Assembly: GCA_048772705.1 (NCBI GenBank)
Contig: JBLWGC010000007.1
Coordinates: forward strand, 1 to 58,358
Length of the DNA stretch: 58,358 bases
Source: Leidyana gryllorum EB-2025a
Taxonomy: Eukaryota > Protista > Apicomplexa
Direction of reading: 5' to 3'
This document shows, one piece after another, positions 32,008 to 44,385 of this stretch. A model generated the notes under the pieces. That model saw nothing but the letters and a program-made list of their open reading frames with translations. It was not told the DNA's origin and ran no database searches. Both the position numbers and the translations under genes were made by a program. Each line of letters opens with the position of its first letter. The first letter of the stretch is position 1.

Positions 32008-32832
32008 ATGGGTGAGTCTGCCGCCAAACTCCGTTTGGACTCCCGTCGACACCTGCTGCGCCTACAGCAGCGTCTGCAACGGGAGAGGCGGCAAAAGGAG
32101 TTCTACAAGAAGTTGGCGTACTTTAGCTTCTGTCTGAACCAAGCGCTCCTTCAGCGAGAGAAAGAGCAGAACAGAAAAGTTGAGGGATGTGTACGTGTCT
32201 TGCAGACCCTGTCAGAAGCCCTAGACAAAGTACAGCCGCGCAGCAAACCACAAACGAACCCCGGCACAGTGGTGCTGGCGACTGCAGACCCCCTGAAATG
32301 GATCACCCAGTCGGTGGCTCGTCCGAAACCATTCACTACCTCTAGTAGAGCCATCCTGGACGGCAGGAGTCTCCATGTGCCAAAGTTCAGTTTCAGTGAA
32401 TCCCTGGCCGTTGCCTTTGGCCGTTACACAGCAGCCTGTGCTCCGCCGCTGATGATCCGAACACCTGCCAGACGGCCTCCGCTACCATTGACTAACATTC
32501 CTCACATTTGGATCGTCACGGGCATCACGCGAGGTGCGGGAACAGCAGGATCGAAGCCGCCGGGCCCCTGGAAATTGCCGTGTATAGATGATAGCACCAA
32601 CACCGTGGATGATGATAAGGACAAACGTGTGTGCACACAGCAGCTCGAAGTGAAAGTGACATTGCCTGAGCTCTGGGGTCAGCCGAAGATCGCATTGAAA
32701 TCCAACCACAGCCGGACCACAGAACAAGTGCCATCACCAGGGACTGGTCGCCAATTGGCACTTGAGGAATGCGCTCGATGGAAGGCAGAGGACGAGGGAT
32801 GGGAGATTGTCCCGGAGCAAGTCTCGAAATGA
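32008..32832 (+). CDS. Hypothetical protein with N-terminal coiled-coil-like region
   Basis: First ATG at 32008; open to 32832; no recognisable domain. Confidence 0.5.
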   Translation: MGESAAKLRLDSRRHLLRLQQRLQRERRQKEFYKKLAYFSFCLNQALLQREKEQNRKVEGCVRVLQTLSEALDKVQPRSKPQTNPGTVVLATADPLKWITQSVARPKPFTTSSRAILDGRSLHVPKFSFSESLAVAFGRYTAACAPPLMIRTPARRPPLPLTNIPHIWIVTGITRGAGTAGSKPPGPWKLPCIDDSTNTVDDDKDKRVCTQQLEVKVTLPELWGQPKIALKSNHSRTTEQVPSPGTGRQLALEECARWKAEDEGWEIVPEQVSK

Positions 32833-33539
32833 TTAAAATTGGAGCAGTCATGCATGTGATCTGTGGTTTTGCTTTTGTTGTATTGAGCGCGAATGGTCTC
32901 TTGGTTGACTTGGACAAACAATATGGTGACTCTGATAAGTTGATCAGCCGTATTGAACGACTGGAGGCGGCAGTGGCGTCCTTGGGTTATGTTGAGAGCG
33001 TCACGGCAGCGACGGCCCAGCAACCGCCGCCGCTGGAGGCCATGGGAAAGGACGAATTGATTGCTTTGATTCATTCATTGGTGGATTCGGACAATGCTGT
33101 AAAGAACGGGAACGATGAGGTGGTATATGCGCAGAGTACACGGCGTGCAGGACTAGGCTGGGAGACCGCAGATCTGGCGCTTGCGGCGGCTGGCGACGAG
33201 GAGGTTGGCTTGGAGGATTTTATTGTCAAGCAGCAGGAGCGGAGTCAGCGAGGGGTGGAAATAGCAGCGACGACGGCGGATATTGGGCAGAATTTGCCCG
33301 CTTTGGACCCGACGATGCAGATCATGACAAGACCAGCGGTTGGCAATATTCGTTTGTCGGACTTATACGCGGCTGCAGACGAGAACGGGGTGCGACTGTC
33401 AGAATGGAAGCGGGAGAAGAAGGTTTCATCATCAGGATATCCGCTACCGAGTCGTGAAGAGTTGGGTGCGTTAGCGCACGCTGAAGGTGTTCGGCAAGAA
33501 GAGATGTCAGAAAGACGTATGACTATGGGTTCTCATTGA
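32829..33539 (+). CDS. Hypothetical secreted/membrane-anchored protein
   Basis: MIKIGAVMHVICGFAFVVLSANG hydrophobic N-terminus, then an acidic coiled-coil-like region. Confidence 0.6.
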   Translation: MIKIGAVMHVICGFAFVVLSANGLLVDLDKQYGDSDKLISRIERLEAAVASLGYVESVTAATAQQPPPLEAMGKDELIALIHSLVDSDNAVKNGNDEVVYAQSTRRAGLGWETADLALAAAGDEEVGLEDFIVKQQERSQRGVEIAATTADIGQNLPALDPTMQIMTRPAVGNIRLSDLYAAADENGVRLSEWKREKKVSSSGYPLPSREELGALAHAEGVRQEEMSERRMTMGSH

Positions 33540-33629
33540 AAAGTGAATGGGTTTTAGCAGCGGCGGCTGTACGAAACTGAAAACTAGAGAGTTTTGTCGG
33601 TTAGCGTTTAGACGACGAGGGTGCGAGAG

Positions 33630-34880
33630 ATGGAGTTGGTCGCCAAGCCCATCCACATAACCGCCCTCAGCGTGCTGGCCTTGATTTTCATTATAGGGAA
33701 CGGTTTCCTGAACCGGAACTCCATAACCGGACGGCTGGGCCCTGGAGATCTGAGAAGTCTGCAAAATGAGAGCTACTGGGCGATTGATCCGTTGGATCCC
33801 AACAACGATTGGGCTGGCATAGAGTACTGCGCGATGCGACTCCATTGGCCGCAAACTCGCTGTCTCCAGGACGTCAAAGAAGACACGATCGAGTGTGATG
33901 CTGTGCTTTTTGTGACAGCCGGTGACGATGAGCGACTCCAAAGACTCCACGCTGAGCGACTGCGCTGGGTGCAGAGCCGTCAGGCGCACGGCGACCGGAT
34001 GTGTTATATTACTCTGCGACTGAAGGGCCCCGAGCGTCAGAAGTTGGGTCGCGGTTTCGCCAAGTACAAAGCAGGTCTCACAATGTCGGACTTGGTGACG
34101 TCCGGCAGAATTAAAAGTCAAGGTTGGCGCTCCACCGAGGTGCCATGGGTCCTCCAGATGGAGTACGATAGCGCCCCCGTCAATCCCGAGGTCGGGTTCA
34201 TTGACATACTGCGTAGACTCGAAATGGGCCTCGTGCAACGAACATTGGAAGAGATTCACTGCCAAGCGGAGCAAATTAAATGCTACGAACCCAAACGCGT
34301 GGGCATCTGTCCCCCGGCGTTCTTCGCTGCTCTTAGTCTCGAACCCACCTGCCAGCAACCCAAAGGTGGAGTCACGGGCTCGGTCATCATGTACCAACCC
34401 GGACCCCATATCGCCCTCATCTTCCACTCTGTCATCCAGGCTGCCTCGGCAGCTTCAGGTCGACACGCCCGTGACTTGCCGTGGTTTAATCAGGTCGTAA
34501 GTGACTTGACGGGTGTGAAAAAACTACCTAAGGTCTGTGACTCCGCCGCCCTCCCCCGAACTCGACTGCTCGCCAAGCGAAACGTCTCGCTCGCTGAGCT
34601 CCTCAACAAGACTACCACACCCAACTACGCTCAAGACTTCCTACACCACCGTCGGGACGATATCCATTGGCTTGAGTCCGTGGCCAGAGCGAATCGGGCA
34701 ATCGCTGTCGTTCATCCCAGATGGTTCAACAGCTTAGCCTGCCCGGACGATATGATCAAGCGACCTCTATTTGCGCTACACCCCGACGACTTTGTCGCTC
34801 ACTATCTTTCGTGCACTAAGCCTTCGGACCCGCAGCCGCTACTGCAACAACCCCTTCAGCCCAATCCCGAAGCTGACTAG
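33630..34880 (+). CDS. Type II membrane GT34 (GMA12/MNN10)-like glycosyltransferase
   Basis: N-terminal TM; WVLQMEYDSAPVNP (DxD position), WFNQ, VVHPRWFNSL and PDDFVAHY occur in GT34 order. Confidence 0.55.
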   Translation: MELVAKPIHITALSVLALIFIIGNGFLNRNSITGRLGPGDLRSLQNESYWAIDPLDPNNDWAGIEYCAMRLHWPQTRCLQDVKEDTIECDAVLFVTAGDDERLQRLHAERLRWVQSRQAHGDRMCYITLRLKGPERQKLGRGFAKYKAGLTMSDLVTSGRIKSQGWRSTEVPWVLQMEYDSAPVNPEVGFIDILRRLEMGLVQRTLEEIHCQAEQIKCYEPKRVGICPPAFFAALSLEPTCQQPKGGVTGSVIMYQPGPHIALIFHSVIQAASAASGRHARDLPWFNQVVSDLTGVKKLPKVCDSAALPRTRLLAKRNVSLAELLNKTTTPNYAQDFLHHRRDDIHWLESVARANRAIAVVHPRWFNSLACPDDMIKRPLFALHPDDFVAHYLSCTKPSDPQPLLQQPLQPNPEAD

Positions 34881-35026
34881 GTAGGGTGGTCAGCTCTTCT
34901 TCTATCGATCTGACAAAGTAGTACATGTTGTAATTTACATACGTATATAAGATCAACAAACACTGAAGAAATCCACAACAAACGATCACCGATTCAATAT
35001 AACCGACAACACAGCAAAGTCCGTCA

Positions 35027-35080
35027 CGGGTCGGGCCGGGCGGGGTGGGAACTCAACTTCCCCCGCCTCGGCCCGGCCCG
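35027..35080. repeat. GC-rich inverted repeat between convergent genes
   Basis: CGGGTCGGGCCG-GGCGGGG ... CCCCGCC-T-CGGCCCGGCCCG. Confidence 0.75.
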
Positions 35081-35131
35081 GCCAGACCAGACCGACAGAC
35101 CCTCCCCGCTCCCAACTCACACAATCCAAGC

Positions 35132-38100
35132 TCACCTTTCCAATGCTACGTGGTCGATGGCCTTGGAGGAGTACATCTGACGCTCAACCTGTGCCAGACA
35201 CAGCGCCTCAATCACAGCCATCAGGTGTTTGACACTTCGGATTTCTCCACACCGTATGACTGGACCCAACATGGGCGAGCTGACCACCTTCTCTCTACCT
35301 CCGGTGGTGCCGACTTCAATTAGAGATTTCCGCATATTCAGTCGGTCCTCCAACCGTTGATTACACTCTGCACTTCCCATACCTTTGGCCGTCTCCATCT
35401 GTTCACATCTCCTGTACAGTGCCAGCACCACTGGCTCGCAGGGGGCAAAGGTCTCCTTCTCGCCGCCTACATCACCATCACTCTCTCCTCCCCCCGAGCC
35501 ACGACTCGCCACACCTGACGGAACTTCGGTGTCCACTAAGGAGTCAGCGAGGGCGTTGTGGACGCCAGACGCTGACACAGCCGGTGCGTGGTCCGCCACA
35601 TCATATGTCGGCAGGAAACAGTGCAGATATGGGAAAGGTGGACGGATCAGACTCAGAAGGTCCAATAGTTTCAACGCCGCCAAAACTTGATTGTTCTCAA
35701 TCGGCGTCTTGTTTCCACGGGCTTCCGGGCCCAATAACGCTTGCGGACACGCAGCTGCACTCAGCACTTGACCCAACTCGGACAAAATCACGGGCCACAG
35801 TGCTGCTTGCGCTTGAGACGAGTTCACCTTCAACACTAACATTCTCAGACACAACAGAATCCGGACCTTCAGTTCCACCGCTTCTCGCGCTTGGCTCACT
35901 TTGCAGTGTTCCGATAACCGTTGCACCATGTTATCCACGTCTCCGTTCAGGGTTCCCGTGGGAAGAGCGAACAGCACTACGGCTAACCGGAACAGATAAG
36001 CGCTCCGTTGAGCCAACTCGGCGCTCCAAGTGGTGAAGAGACCCACAGAGGGCGGTGGGAATGTCTCGTCCAGCTCCAGGCTGGCGCCCAAGAGCTTCCA
36101 GAGGCTACCCATGTCAGACGTCACGCTGAATAAGCCACCAGCTGGAACTCCGAAACTGTTCTTCCGCACTAAAGTTAAGAGGTGATTGATTGCCATCAAC
36201 TGGCAACAGATTCGGAAACAGCGCCGATCTTGTTGCTGCATGGAGGCCAGCGGAGTGTTCAAACTCCACTCTCTCAGAGCTTTTGCCACTTTCGATAGAA
36301 AGTTCTGGCACGCCACTGCGAGTGTCTCCATCAGAGTCGTCGCCTGTCCCATCGGCAGCAGTCCCGATAACAGCGGCCGCGAGTGGTTTTTGGAGTTGGA
36401 GCCCAACGCGAGACGCAGCGCAATGCACACCAGCTCAAGTAGGAAAACCAATGTCAGATATCTCGCTGATGTGCAGCTCTGATTTGATGGGCGAACGAAT
36501 GTCAACGGAATGAGACTTCAGATCCTTTGTTTTACCTGAAGTCCTGTGAGATTCAGGGCACCCAACAGATGTGTCAGCAGCGGTGGATAGTTCAGCAACC
36601 GCATGAGAACCGCAGCTGTGGCTCCTTCCAGATTCCGACGACACTGCAGTGCAGCGCGAATTTGATACTGTGGAGGCACAAACCTATGAGAGAGACTCAC
36701 GTGAATTGTAAAGGCGAGCATCGTCGCGGCCGAATACTCCATCAGAATTTCTGTCGGAGAAGAAGTGGAGATCAGCTGAGTTCCCAACGCAAGAGGAGTA
36801 TTTGAGGCCACTGATGCATTGGGCGGTGAGTTGGCGTCGCTTCCGCCCGTCAGAACGGGACTCTCTTGACTCGAGTCCAAGTTGACATCCGAGGCCAGAA
36901 CAGTTGCAGCCAGAGACGGCTTAAGTACGAAGCGGGCCATACGAGGCAATCCCATCTCTCCTACCTCAACACTCTTTAGAATTTGTCTCTCGATCTCCTC
37001 CAGGGACGGAGGGAGGGGAGGCAGCAGATCGACAGTGTCCACAACCAACTTGGCACTGCCACTCATCAAGGTGACGATCAGACCAAAGAGAGCGTTTATC
37101 CCATTCCGTCCGTTACCGGAACACTCCTTGGGGACTGCCGCGACCGCGGCCAGAGCCGTGAGCAACTCCACCAACCATAACAACACCAACGGCTGCTGAC
37201 TTGGGACAGCGGTGCGAACGACAATCTCCTGATACTCGCTCCAGAGTGCCACTGCCATATCCTAAATTTCATCCACAAAGTCAGCGATCGGGGGAGAGCT
37301 AACTAACACTCAACGCACCGGAGAGGGACTCTCAGTTTTAAACATTGCAGAGGTGACGAGCGCCAGCAGCTGAATCATAGGAGGACTGCGCAGTGTGTAT
37401 TCTGCAATAATCAATACTTTGACACGGCGATCAGAGATTTCGGCCGGCTCACTGAGATTGCGTTCCACAGTGACCTCCGACTCGGGTCGAGACAGGAGAT
37501 GGGACGTTTCCTTCCAGAATACACTGCAATGACAAATCTCCGATTCGGCCACAAGTCTCAGATTGACTCACAAAATGTCGAAACACGGCAAATTGATGAG
37601 GAAGTCGACGAACTGTTGAGCTTTGTCCTCACGAGCCGAAGCGAGCGATAAACTCGCCCAGGCATTGTGAATTGATGCCAGAAGACTCTGCTCGGATTTC
37701 TGCCAAAACATTGAGATCAGATCCATTCGCACAGGGGTGAGCTCTTCATCGAGCTCGAAGAAGTTATCATCGAGCACCAGGGCCAGGAGACTGACTGTGT
37801 TATCGCCGGTCCAGTTGCACTGCGGAAAGGAAAGGGTATTAGTGACCGACTCTCAGTGACCCTCACACACACAACACTCACACTCGGAGAAGGTCCTCGC
37901 TTGCGTCCCAGAGCCGCGACAGCTAAGAGTCTGTCCTGAGTTTGCGGGTAATAGCTGTGCAGATATCGAGCGGGACACTCCGCTTGTTCAGTGAGATGGT
38001 CTGCGTAGTCATAAAAGAAGTGGAGCCGGGTCAATTGTTGGTGCAAACTGGGCCCTCCTCCGGTTTCCTTGTCGCGTTCCGTCATATCGCCAACCGCGAA

Positions 38101-41100
38101 ACCTTTCCGCACAACAGCTGTCAGAATCAGCAATGAGGTCTTTGTTTGGAGCCGTTAACTCACAAGTCAGATACTGTAATAGGATCCGATGGATGGCGGG
38201 TGTCTTGGCTTTGGCCAAGAGACCCCCAATGGTCATCGCGGCAGCTTCACAGCGTGCCAGCATACTCGGACGGTCCAGATAGGCACTGACAAAGATCAGC
38301 AGGAATCGGAGAGTCTCATCGAGCAACATGAGATCCGGACTCGGTTTGTCGACTATATAGCTCAGCACGGTACTGATTGTCGATAAGACACACGGGTCAG
38401 CCACCGGCAGGACGGACACACGCTGAGCGATCTGACATGAGAGGTGGAGACAGATGCCGAAGAGATTTCGATCTGCTCACCGAGTGGAGGACCGACAAGT
38501 TGACTCTTTGGGCGAGAGTTGAAGAGTCCCTGTTGGCTGGAGACAGCGCGATGTCTTCGGTGTTGGGGGCTGCGTAGCGTCTCAAAATGGTGAGAGTGAT
38601 GTCAGACACCAACGGCTGACTCCAACTGTCGGCGTCCCCGAGATTGGCGAGAAGGAGATAAGCTTCGAGAAACTGACGGCCGATTTCGATCCGACCCTGA
38701 AGGATGCGGCTTCTCCAGGCGTCCAGTAAATACTCGCCCAATATGCAGAAGAGCTCTCGCGGTTTGCGGAACTCTTTGAGCGCCGGGTCAGATGAGCATT
38801 CGACGAGAATCTCGAGGGCAATCATATTGAGTTTAGTTATAGAGTCATTTGACGACGGCTCAGTCGAGGGGAACTCGGCCACTGCGATACTGCAGTGGAG
38901 AGGCAACGAAGTGGATTTGGGCGACTTTAGGAGACTCACCGTGCGCAAATGATGCGAAGGAGATCAGCAAACGTCACAGGTTTGAACAGAGACAGAGCCG
39001 CTCCCGCAAAGGTGGATTGGTCGAGAGCGAAGGCTGGCGACGTTTGGACATCATCTGTCTGCTCAATGGAGGTGAGAAGGGAGATAGTCTCATCCGGGAG
39101 AACAATCAATTCCGCCTTGATGGGATTGGGACGGGCCAGAATCCGCCAGAGCATTCCAATGACGACAATGTCATTGCAGAGATTCCGAACGGCAAAGGCG
39201 TTTCTGAAATAACACTGAGCCGATTGGCTGTCCGGCAGCCTGGTGGTGTAGACTCTGTCGAGCAGTCTTTTGAAAACTGCCGATAGCAGTTTTTGTCGAG
39301 CAAACATTGGGAGGTTCGTGATGAGACAGTCAATCTCCAATGCCACAGTGCTGGAGATCCCTTTGAAAGTTTGACATCCCCCGCGTCGGGTGAGCCGAGA
39401 AGACGGTGTTGTGACGGGCGACGCCTCGGCGACGTAGCCAAAGACTTGGTGGAGAGCGTTTTGGGTGAATCTCGTGACAAAGTCAGCAAAGGTGTCGTCT
39501 TGCTCGGGAAGCGAGTGGACCGATTCTTGCAGAATGCGGGCATAGACAGCCCATATCGTACCGAGAACTTGCAGAAGACGTATTCTGTAGACGTCGGTGA
39601 GACTCGAGTCATTGGCCTCCAACCAGTGCTCTTCGACTTGACGGAGACTGTCTATGCCGACATAGCGCCAGAACCGGGCCAAAAAGTCGGCATTCAGATG
39701 CTGCGCTCCCGTCAGGCTCACCAACAGGTCCGACAATGCAGATCGATCCAACAGATCGAGCCCTCCTCCTGTCAAACTGTTTTGGTATTCGACACACATT
39801 AAAGCCGTCTCCAAATCGGCTTCGGTGGCACTGAGTGATCTTTTGTCTTGTGAAGGCGCTGAATATTTGTTGGTGACCTGGGAGAGTACTACTGGGAGCC
39901 ATTCTTTGCTCGCTTGGGCCAACTCCTCTGCCAAACAGGCGTGTGACGATAGGAGACTCATGACGCTCTTGTAGGCTTTCGTCAGGGCCAGCAGTGATGT
40001 ATAGCGGTCAAGCACCTTTGGCCTGCTGCTGGAAAGTAGTGTCCTGAAACTTTCATTGATGGGATACACCAGTGATACAATTGGGGGTGCGGAGTCTTTG
40101 AATATGAAGTGCTTTGGTAATTCTGCAGCCGCGGAACACAGCTGATCGACCAAATGGTACCACACTGCCAGACTTTTACGGCCTGGCAGCAACTCGAGAG
40201 TTGCGGCACAAAGTCCCAGATGATGTGACATTAACGCGAGGATGTGATGAGTAGAAACGCAACTCAACGGTCGAGGGGCGTCTCGCCTTTTCGTCCGTTT
40301 AGACAACGATGAGTCTTCTTCTCCTCCCTCAGCGGCGGCGGCCTCTTCTTCGTCGTCGTCACTGCCGTCGCCTTCGTCACTCCCTTCCTCCATTTCGGCG
40401 GCCAAAGCTATTGGTGACGCGAGTACAGTAAAGTAGTAATTGACATCCAGAAGAAGATCGGTGATCTGAGAATCTGTTGCCGTCATCACACCCTCAGTCA
40501 AAGACTTGAGTTCCTTCGCAACAGCGTCATAGAAGAACGACACACCTTCCACCGTGCGCGCAGAGAATATCGCTTTGCTCAATTCCTCACTCGTCGCCCC
40601 CGACTCGTCCGTCACCATTCCTTTCACCCAGTGACGCACCGGGCAAACTGCGTACCATTCGGACCGCTTGGAGTCTCGTAATCGCAGATGACGAGTCAGA
40701 GCGGTCGCTATCAGGGGAAACAAAGCGCTGTAAAACGGTCCCGATGTCTCCAGAAACAAGAAATGCAATAATTGCAGGAAAGACGTCAGGTGATCGGACC
40801 CTCGCGCCATTGCCCATTGCATATTCGGAGACGGGGCAATTAGATTCGGCTTGGACAATTCTTCAATCATTGACAATAATACACTGGAAAGATAAGGAGT
40901 GCTCTAGACGAGCCATGCGGTTGAGCCAAAATACGCTTACTCGGGCTCTAAACATTGGAAACCCTTCCTCCGGACCCCGAGCCGAAGACAAACTGCTGTC
41001 TCCCACTGTCACGGACTGCTCCATGTCACTGCTCAACAACCATTGTACCACTCGACACCGGATCGATGCGTCCCGAATCGTACACAACGGCAGAACGTGA

Positions 41101-42283
41101 CTCATCAAAGACATCTGAGGAGTATTTCCAGCGGTGCCGTTCAAACTCGCGATTCTCACCCGTTGACTACGACTTAATTGGGCTGTTGTTAAAGGGACAG
41201 CTTGCAGCAGCACATCCAGAACCAGCCGTTGACTTAGGAGCATAACTTGAGGTGACACAGTGGCTGGACGAGCTGCCGTAGTTCCTGTGGTAGTTGACGC
41301 GTCTCGTGCGAGATGGGGGGAGCCAGGAGGTTCGATAACCTCCCCCGGTACTAAACAGCTCTGAATAGCCTCCAGGAGAGTGATCGGAGGGTTGACTCCC
41401 TAACCGGTCAAAGCAGAGTGATAAGAGCGTACTGGGCTGATTGAGCTTACGTCGAGAGTGTAGCGATCTTGTCGTCTCCCGATTGTGCGCAAAGCGCCCA
41501 GTCGCCGTGATTGCATCCGTGCTGCAATGTCCCACAGGGTAGTCTGTAACCCTTCGACATCCAGCACGGCTTCCCACGCGTTCAGATAGTTCATGTATCT
41601 GTCGTGCTCGGCGAATTTGTCGTCTTCGCCGGATATTACAAAGCAACTCAACAATTCTGAGGCCACAAGTCAAAGACGACCCGGACTTTGTCCCACACAC
41701 GATAAGCGCACACACACCCGACTCCATCTTGCCATGTCAGAGGTTGACGAGAATGACTCACCAAATCGCAGGGGAACAAGACTCGCCAAATTAGGGATCA
41801 CGTGAGCTTCGAAGATTTCAAAGCAAACCAAACGGACGGCGGTTGCTGCCGAGGGATAGAATGCGTGAATGCCCGGAAGAAGAATTGGGAGACCCTGTAT
41901 AAGCCTCTCATCCCCAAGTCTGGCCAATATAGCCTCATAAACCTTCAGTGCTCGATTGTGAATGCCGCCTACGAGTGCAGCATAATACTGATACTGGGGT
42001 GGGCCTTTGTTTACTCGGCAGATTAGGTGTCAGACATTGACTCAGCCGTTTTGCCAAGAGAATGAGACAAGGAACTGGTGTGTTAGGTGAGTTGGGAGGT
42101 TTTGCAACGACCTGTGGCGGTCAATATCGATATCGATTGAGTGATGGAGATTACTTTCTGAAGTCGTTGGAGGGAGATAGCGAGGTCACTCCAATCCTTA
42201 GCTTTGTCGAAAGTGGTCAAAGCGGCCTGAATATCCGATTCGAGGCGTTTCCAAGCACTACTGGTGATCGAGGGCTCCGCCAT
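35132..42283 (-). CDS. DOP1: Dopey/DOP1 family trafficking protein (large, multi-exon)
   Basis: AALTTFDKAKDWSDLAISLQRLQK, LAKRLSQCLTPNLP; C-terminal LCLRMLVLK..LWPVILSEL..LAALKLLDLL. Confidence 0.85.
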
Positions 42284-42321
42284 TTGTCTGGGAGGGTGGA
42301 AAACTGTACTGAATTATTGGT

Positions 42322-44364
42322 ATGACGCTCCACCCTTTTCGGTCCACAGAGCTGACAGGGCCTGTTTGGGAGGTATCCGCACGGTTGGTTGCACCCAAGC
42401 TTGCCTACAGTTATGCATTACATGGCCCAATTCACCTGGCTAATCGGCTCACCACGCTGCTGACCAGCAATGAGACTGCCCGGACTGAGAGTTTTGCAGT
42501 GGCTTCGCCAAGTGAGGCTTGTCTGGCCTGCCGGATCTGTTTCTACCGAGATGCGTTGGTGGTAACAGCGGTATCGCATGAGCCTCGGCTCCTCCATCAT
42601 GCAGCCTGGGAGATGGCCTACGACCGTTTGGCAGTGCGATCCGGTGATGGACTGATGTTTGAGATCAGCGACCAGCCGCTCCCTCCGAACAGCGCCCCCC
42701 TGAGCACTCTGGAGTTGACGCCTGAGCACCGTACATCAACCCGCTTAACGTTTGACTTTACCTCGCTACTGAACGGTGCCGGTCAGTTGTCGCAAGCGCA
42801 AGCCTACCAGCAGCAGATCACAACTGCGGGGTCGGTCATCAACTTGACGGCTTTGAGACATCGAGCCCAGAGTGACCCGTTTTCAACGCCTCATCCTTTG
42901 CCATCTGTGAGCGCGACCAATAGTTCCGCCTCGACCGCTTCTCGACATGTTGTGTGGCAACAAACACCCCAGATGATGATTTATAATCCATCAACCGACG
43001 AAGAGAATGGAAATTGTACCAATCTGACTTGTGTCTTTCGATCGATATGGAGAGGGCTGGCCACCACCGCTTCTCCCACACGCACTCCGTTTCTGCGTCG
43101 GTATTCCGGCTACTCCACCACACTGTCGAGTATATCGTCACAGAACTCAGAGGCAACGTCGAATCAGACTGATTTGGGACCGTTCTCATATGAAAGTGAC
43201 AACTTCCTGGCCACCAGATGGAACCCCCCCACAGTCGACGAAGATGTTCTCGAATACCTCAAACCAAATCGGGGAGGTTTACTGCTACTATTCCCTTCCA
43301 AAGAAGCTCGCGACCTCTTCAACCTTCTGGTCAACGCTGTAATGAACCGTACAGTGGGTTTCTTTGAGTCAGTGGCACTTGCAGACCTCCGCAAGGTGGC
43401 AGAACTGGAAGCTGAACTGCAGAACGGCTCATCCGACAACACCGACAGTTGCAGACCCAATTCCCAACCTTCAGGCTCGCAGGCAACAGTCTGCAGCACG
43501 CCGCTCGTCAGCGGCCGTCATAATGACGCTGCTCCCGAAAGCCAATCGCATCTTAGGAACAACAACCCACCTGGCGCAGATGGCCAACATATGGCTCAAA
43601 TACGATCTTTGTGGCGAGATATGATCGATAACATACAGAGAATGGATGATGCACTCGGTCGACCTCCGCTCAGAGGACCTCCCGGAGACCCAACTGACTT
43701 TCTATTCCACAAGTGTTTGTTCCCTTCTCGACCAATGCGAACCGACCTTTCCAACCTGCCCTCCTTAGCTCGTTTTTCGTACTGGCTGGCCTTTGTACCC
43801 GTTCATCTCCTCCCAGAGTCAACCTCACCATCTCCAACTACAGCAGACTCTCCCATGACAACGACCAAAAACTGGGCGGGTATCGCTCGAGCATTCTGGG
43901 CCGAACGTGCCGCCCAGTTGCGAGAACACTCTGAATCCGTGGCCTCTCAGTCGCCTCCGACCCGCACCTCGCACCACAGTCCGATCTCACTCGCAGCCTC
44001 CTGGCCCCCACGCTCACATGCCACTTCGTCAGCTTCGGAATGCGCAATTTGCCTCTCTGCTTTCTCCAACCCTCTCGACATTGCTGCACGCTTCCCTACC
44101 TGTGTGCATTTCTTCCACCCAACCTGTCTGCTGGAATGGGTCGCCCATCAGCAAGCCAAAGCGCCACCTGCCAGTACTCCCGTCAGCCGACCATGGACGG
44201 CAAACGATCATGAAGGGCCCACGGCTATTCAATCGAGGGCAATCGCAGCCAGATTGGATCGCAGGCGGGCATTGACAGGAAGAAGCCCACCTGAGGCTTC
44301 TTCCACAATAGTTTCAGCTTTCCTGGTACACTGTCCAATCTGTCGCAGCCCCCACTGGAGCTGA
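42322..44364 (+). CDS. C-terminal RING-H2 protein (putative E3 ligase)
   Basis: CAIC...CVHFFHPTCLLEW...CPICR. Confidence 0.8.
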   Translation: MTLHPFRSTELTGPVWEVSARLVAPKLAYSYALHGPIHLANRLTTLLTSNETARTESFAVASPSEACLACRICFYRDALVVTAVSHEPRLLHHAAWEMAYDRLAVRSGDGLMFEISDQPLPPNSAPLSTLELTPEHRTSTRLTFDFTSLLNGAGQLSQAQAYQQQITTAGSVINLTALRHRAQSDPFSTPHPLPSVSATNSSASTASRHVVWQQTPQMMIYNPSTDEENGNCTNLTCVFRSIWRGLATTASPTRTPFLRRYSGYSTTLSSISSQNSEATSNQTDLGPFSYESDNFLATRWNPPTVDEDVLEYLKPNRGGLLLLFPSKEARDLFNLLVNAVMNRTVGFFESVALADLRKVAELEAELQNGSSDNTDSCRPNSQPSGSQATVCSTPLVSGRHNDAAPESQSHLRNNNPPGADGQHMAQIRSLWRDMIDNIQRMDDALGRPPLRGPPGDPTDFLFHKCLFPSRPMRTDLSNLPSLARFSYWLAFVPVHLLPESTSPSPTTADSPMTTTKNWAGIARAFWAERAAQLREHSESVASQSPPTRTSHHSPISLAASWPPRSHATSSASECAICLSAFSNPLDIAARFPTCVHFFHPTCLLEWVAHQQAKAPPASTPVSRPWTANDHEGPTAIQSRAIAARLDRRRALTGRSPPEASSTIVSAFLVHCPICRSPHWS

Positions 44365-44385
44365 CTAAATGACTAGAACTAAAAT

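Noticed and set aside
33507-34427. 306-aa minus-strand ORF
   Set aside because: Antisense to the GT34-like gene; no recognisable features.
35132-42283. Several separate genes or a frameshifted pseudogene
   Set aside because: Breaks are consistent with short GT-AG introns, and Dopey N- and C-terminal motifs bracket the region.
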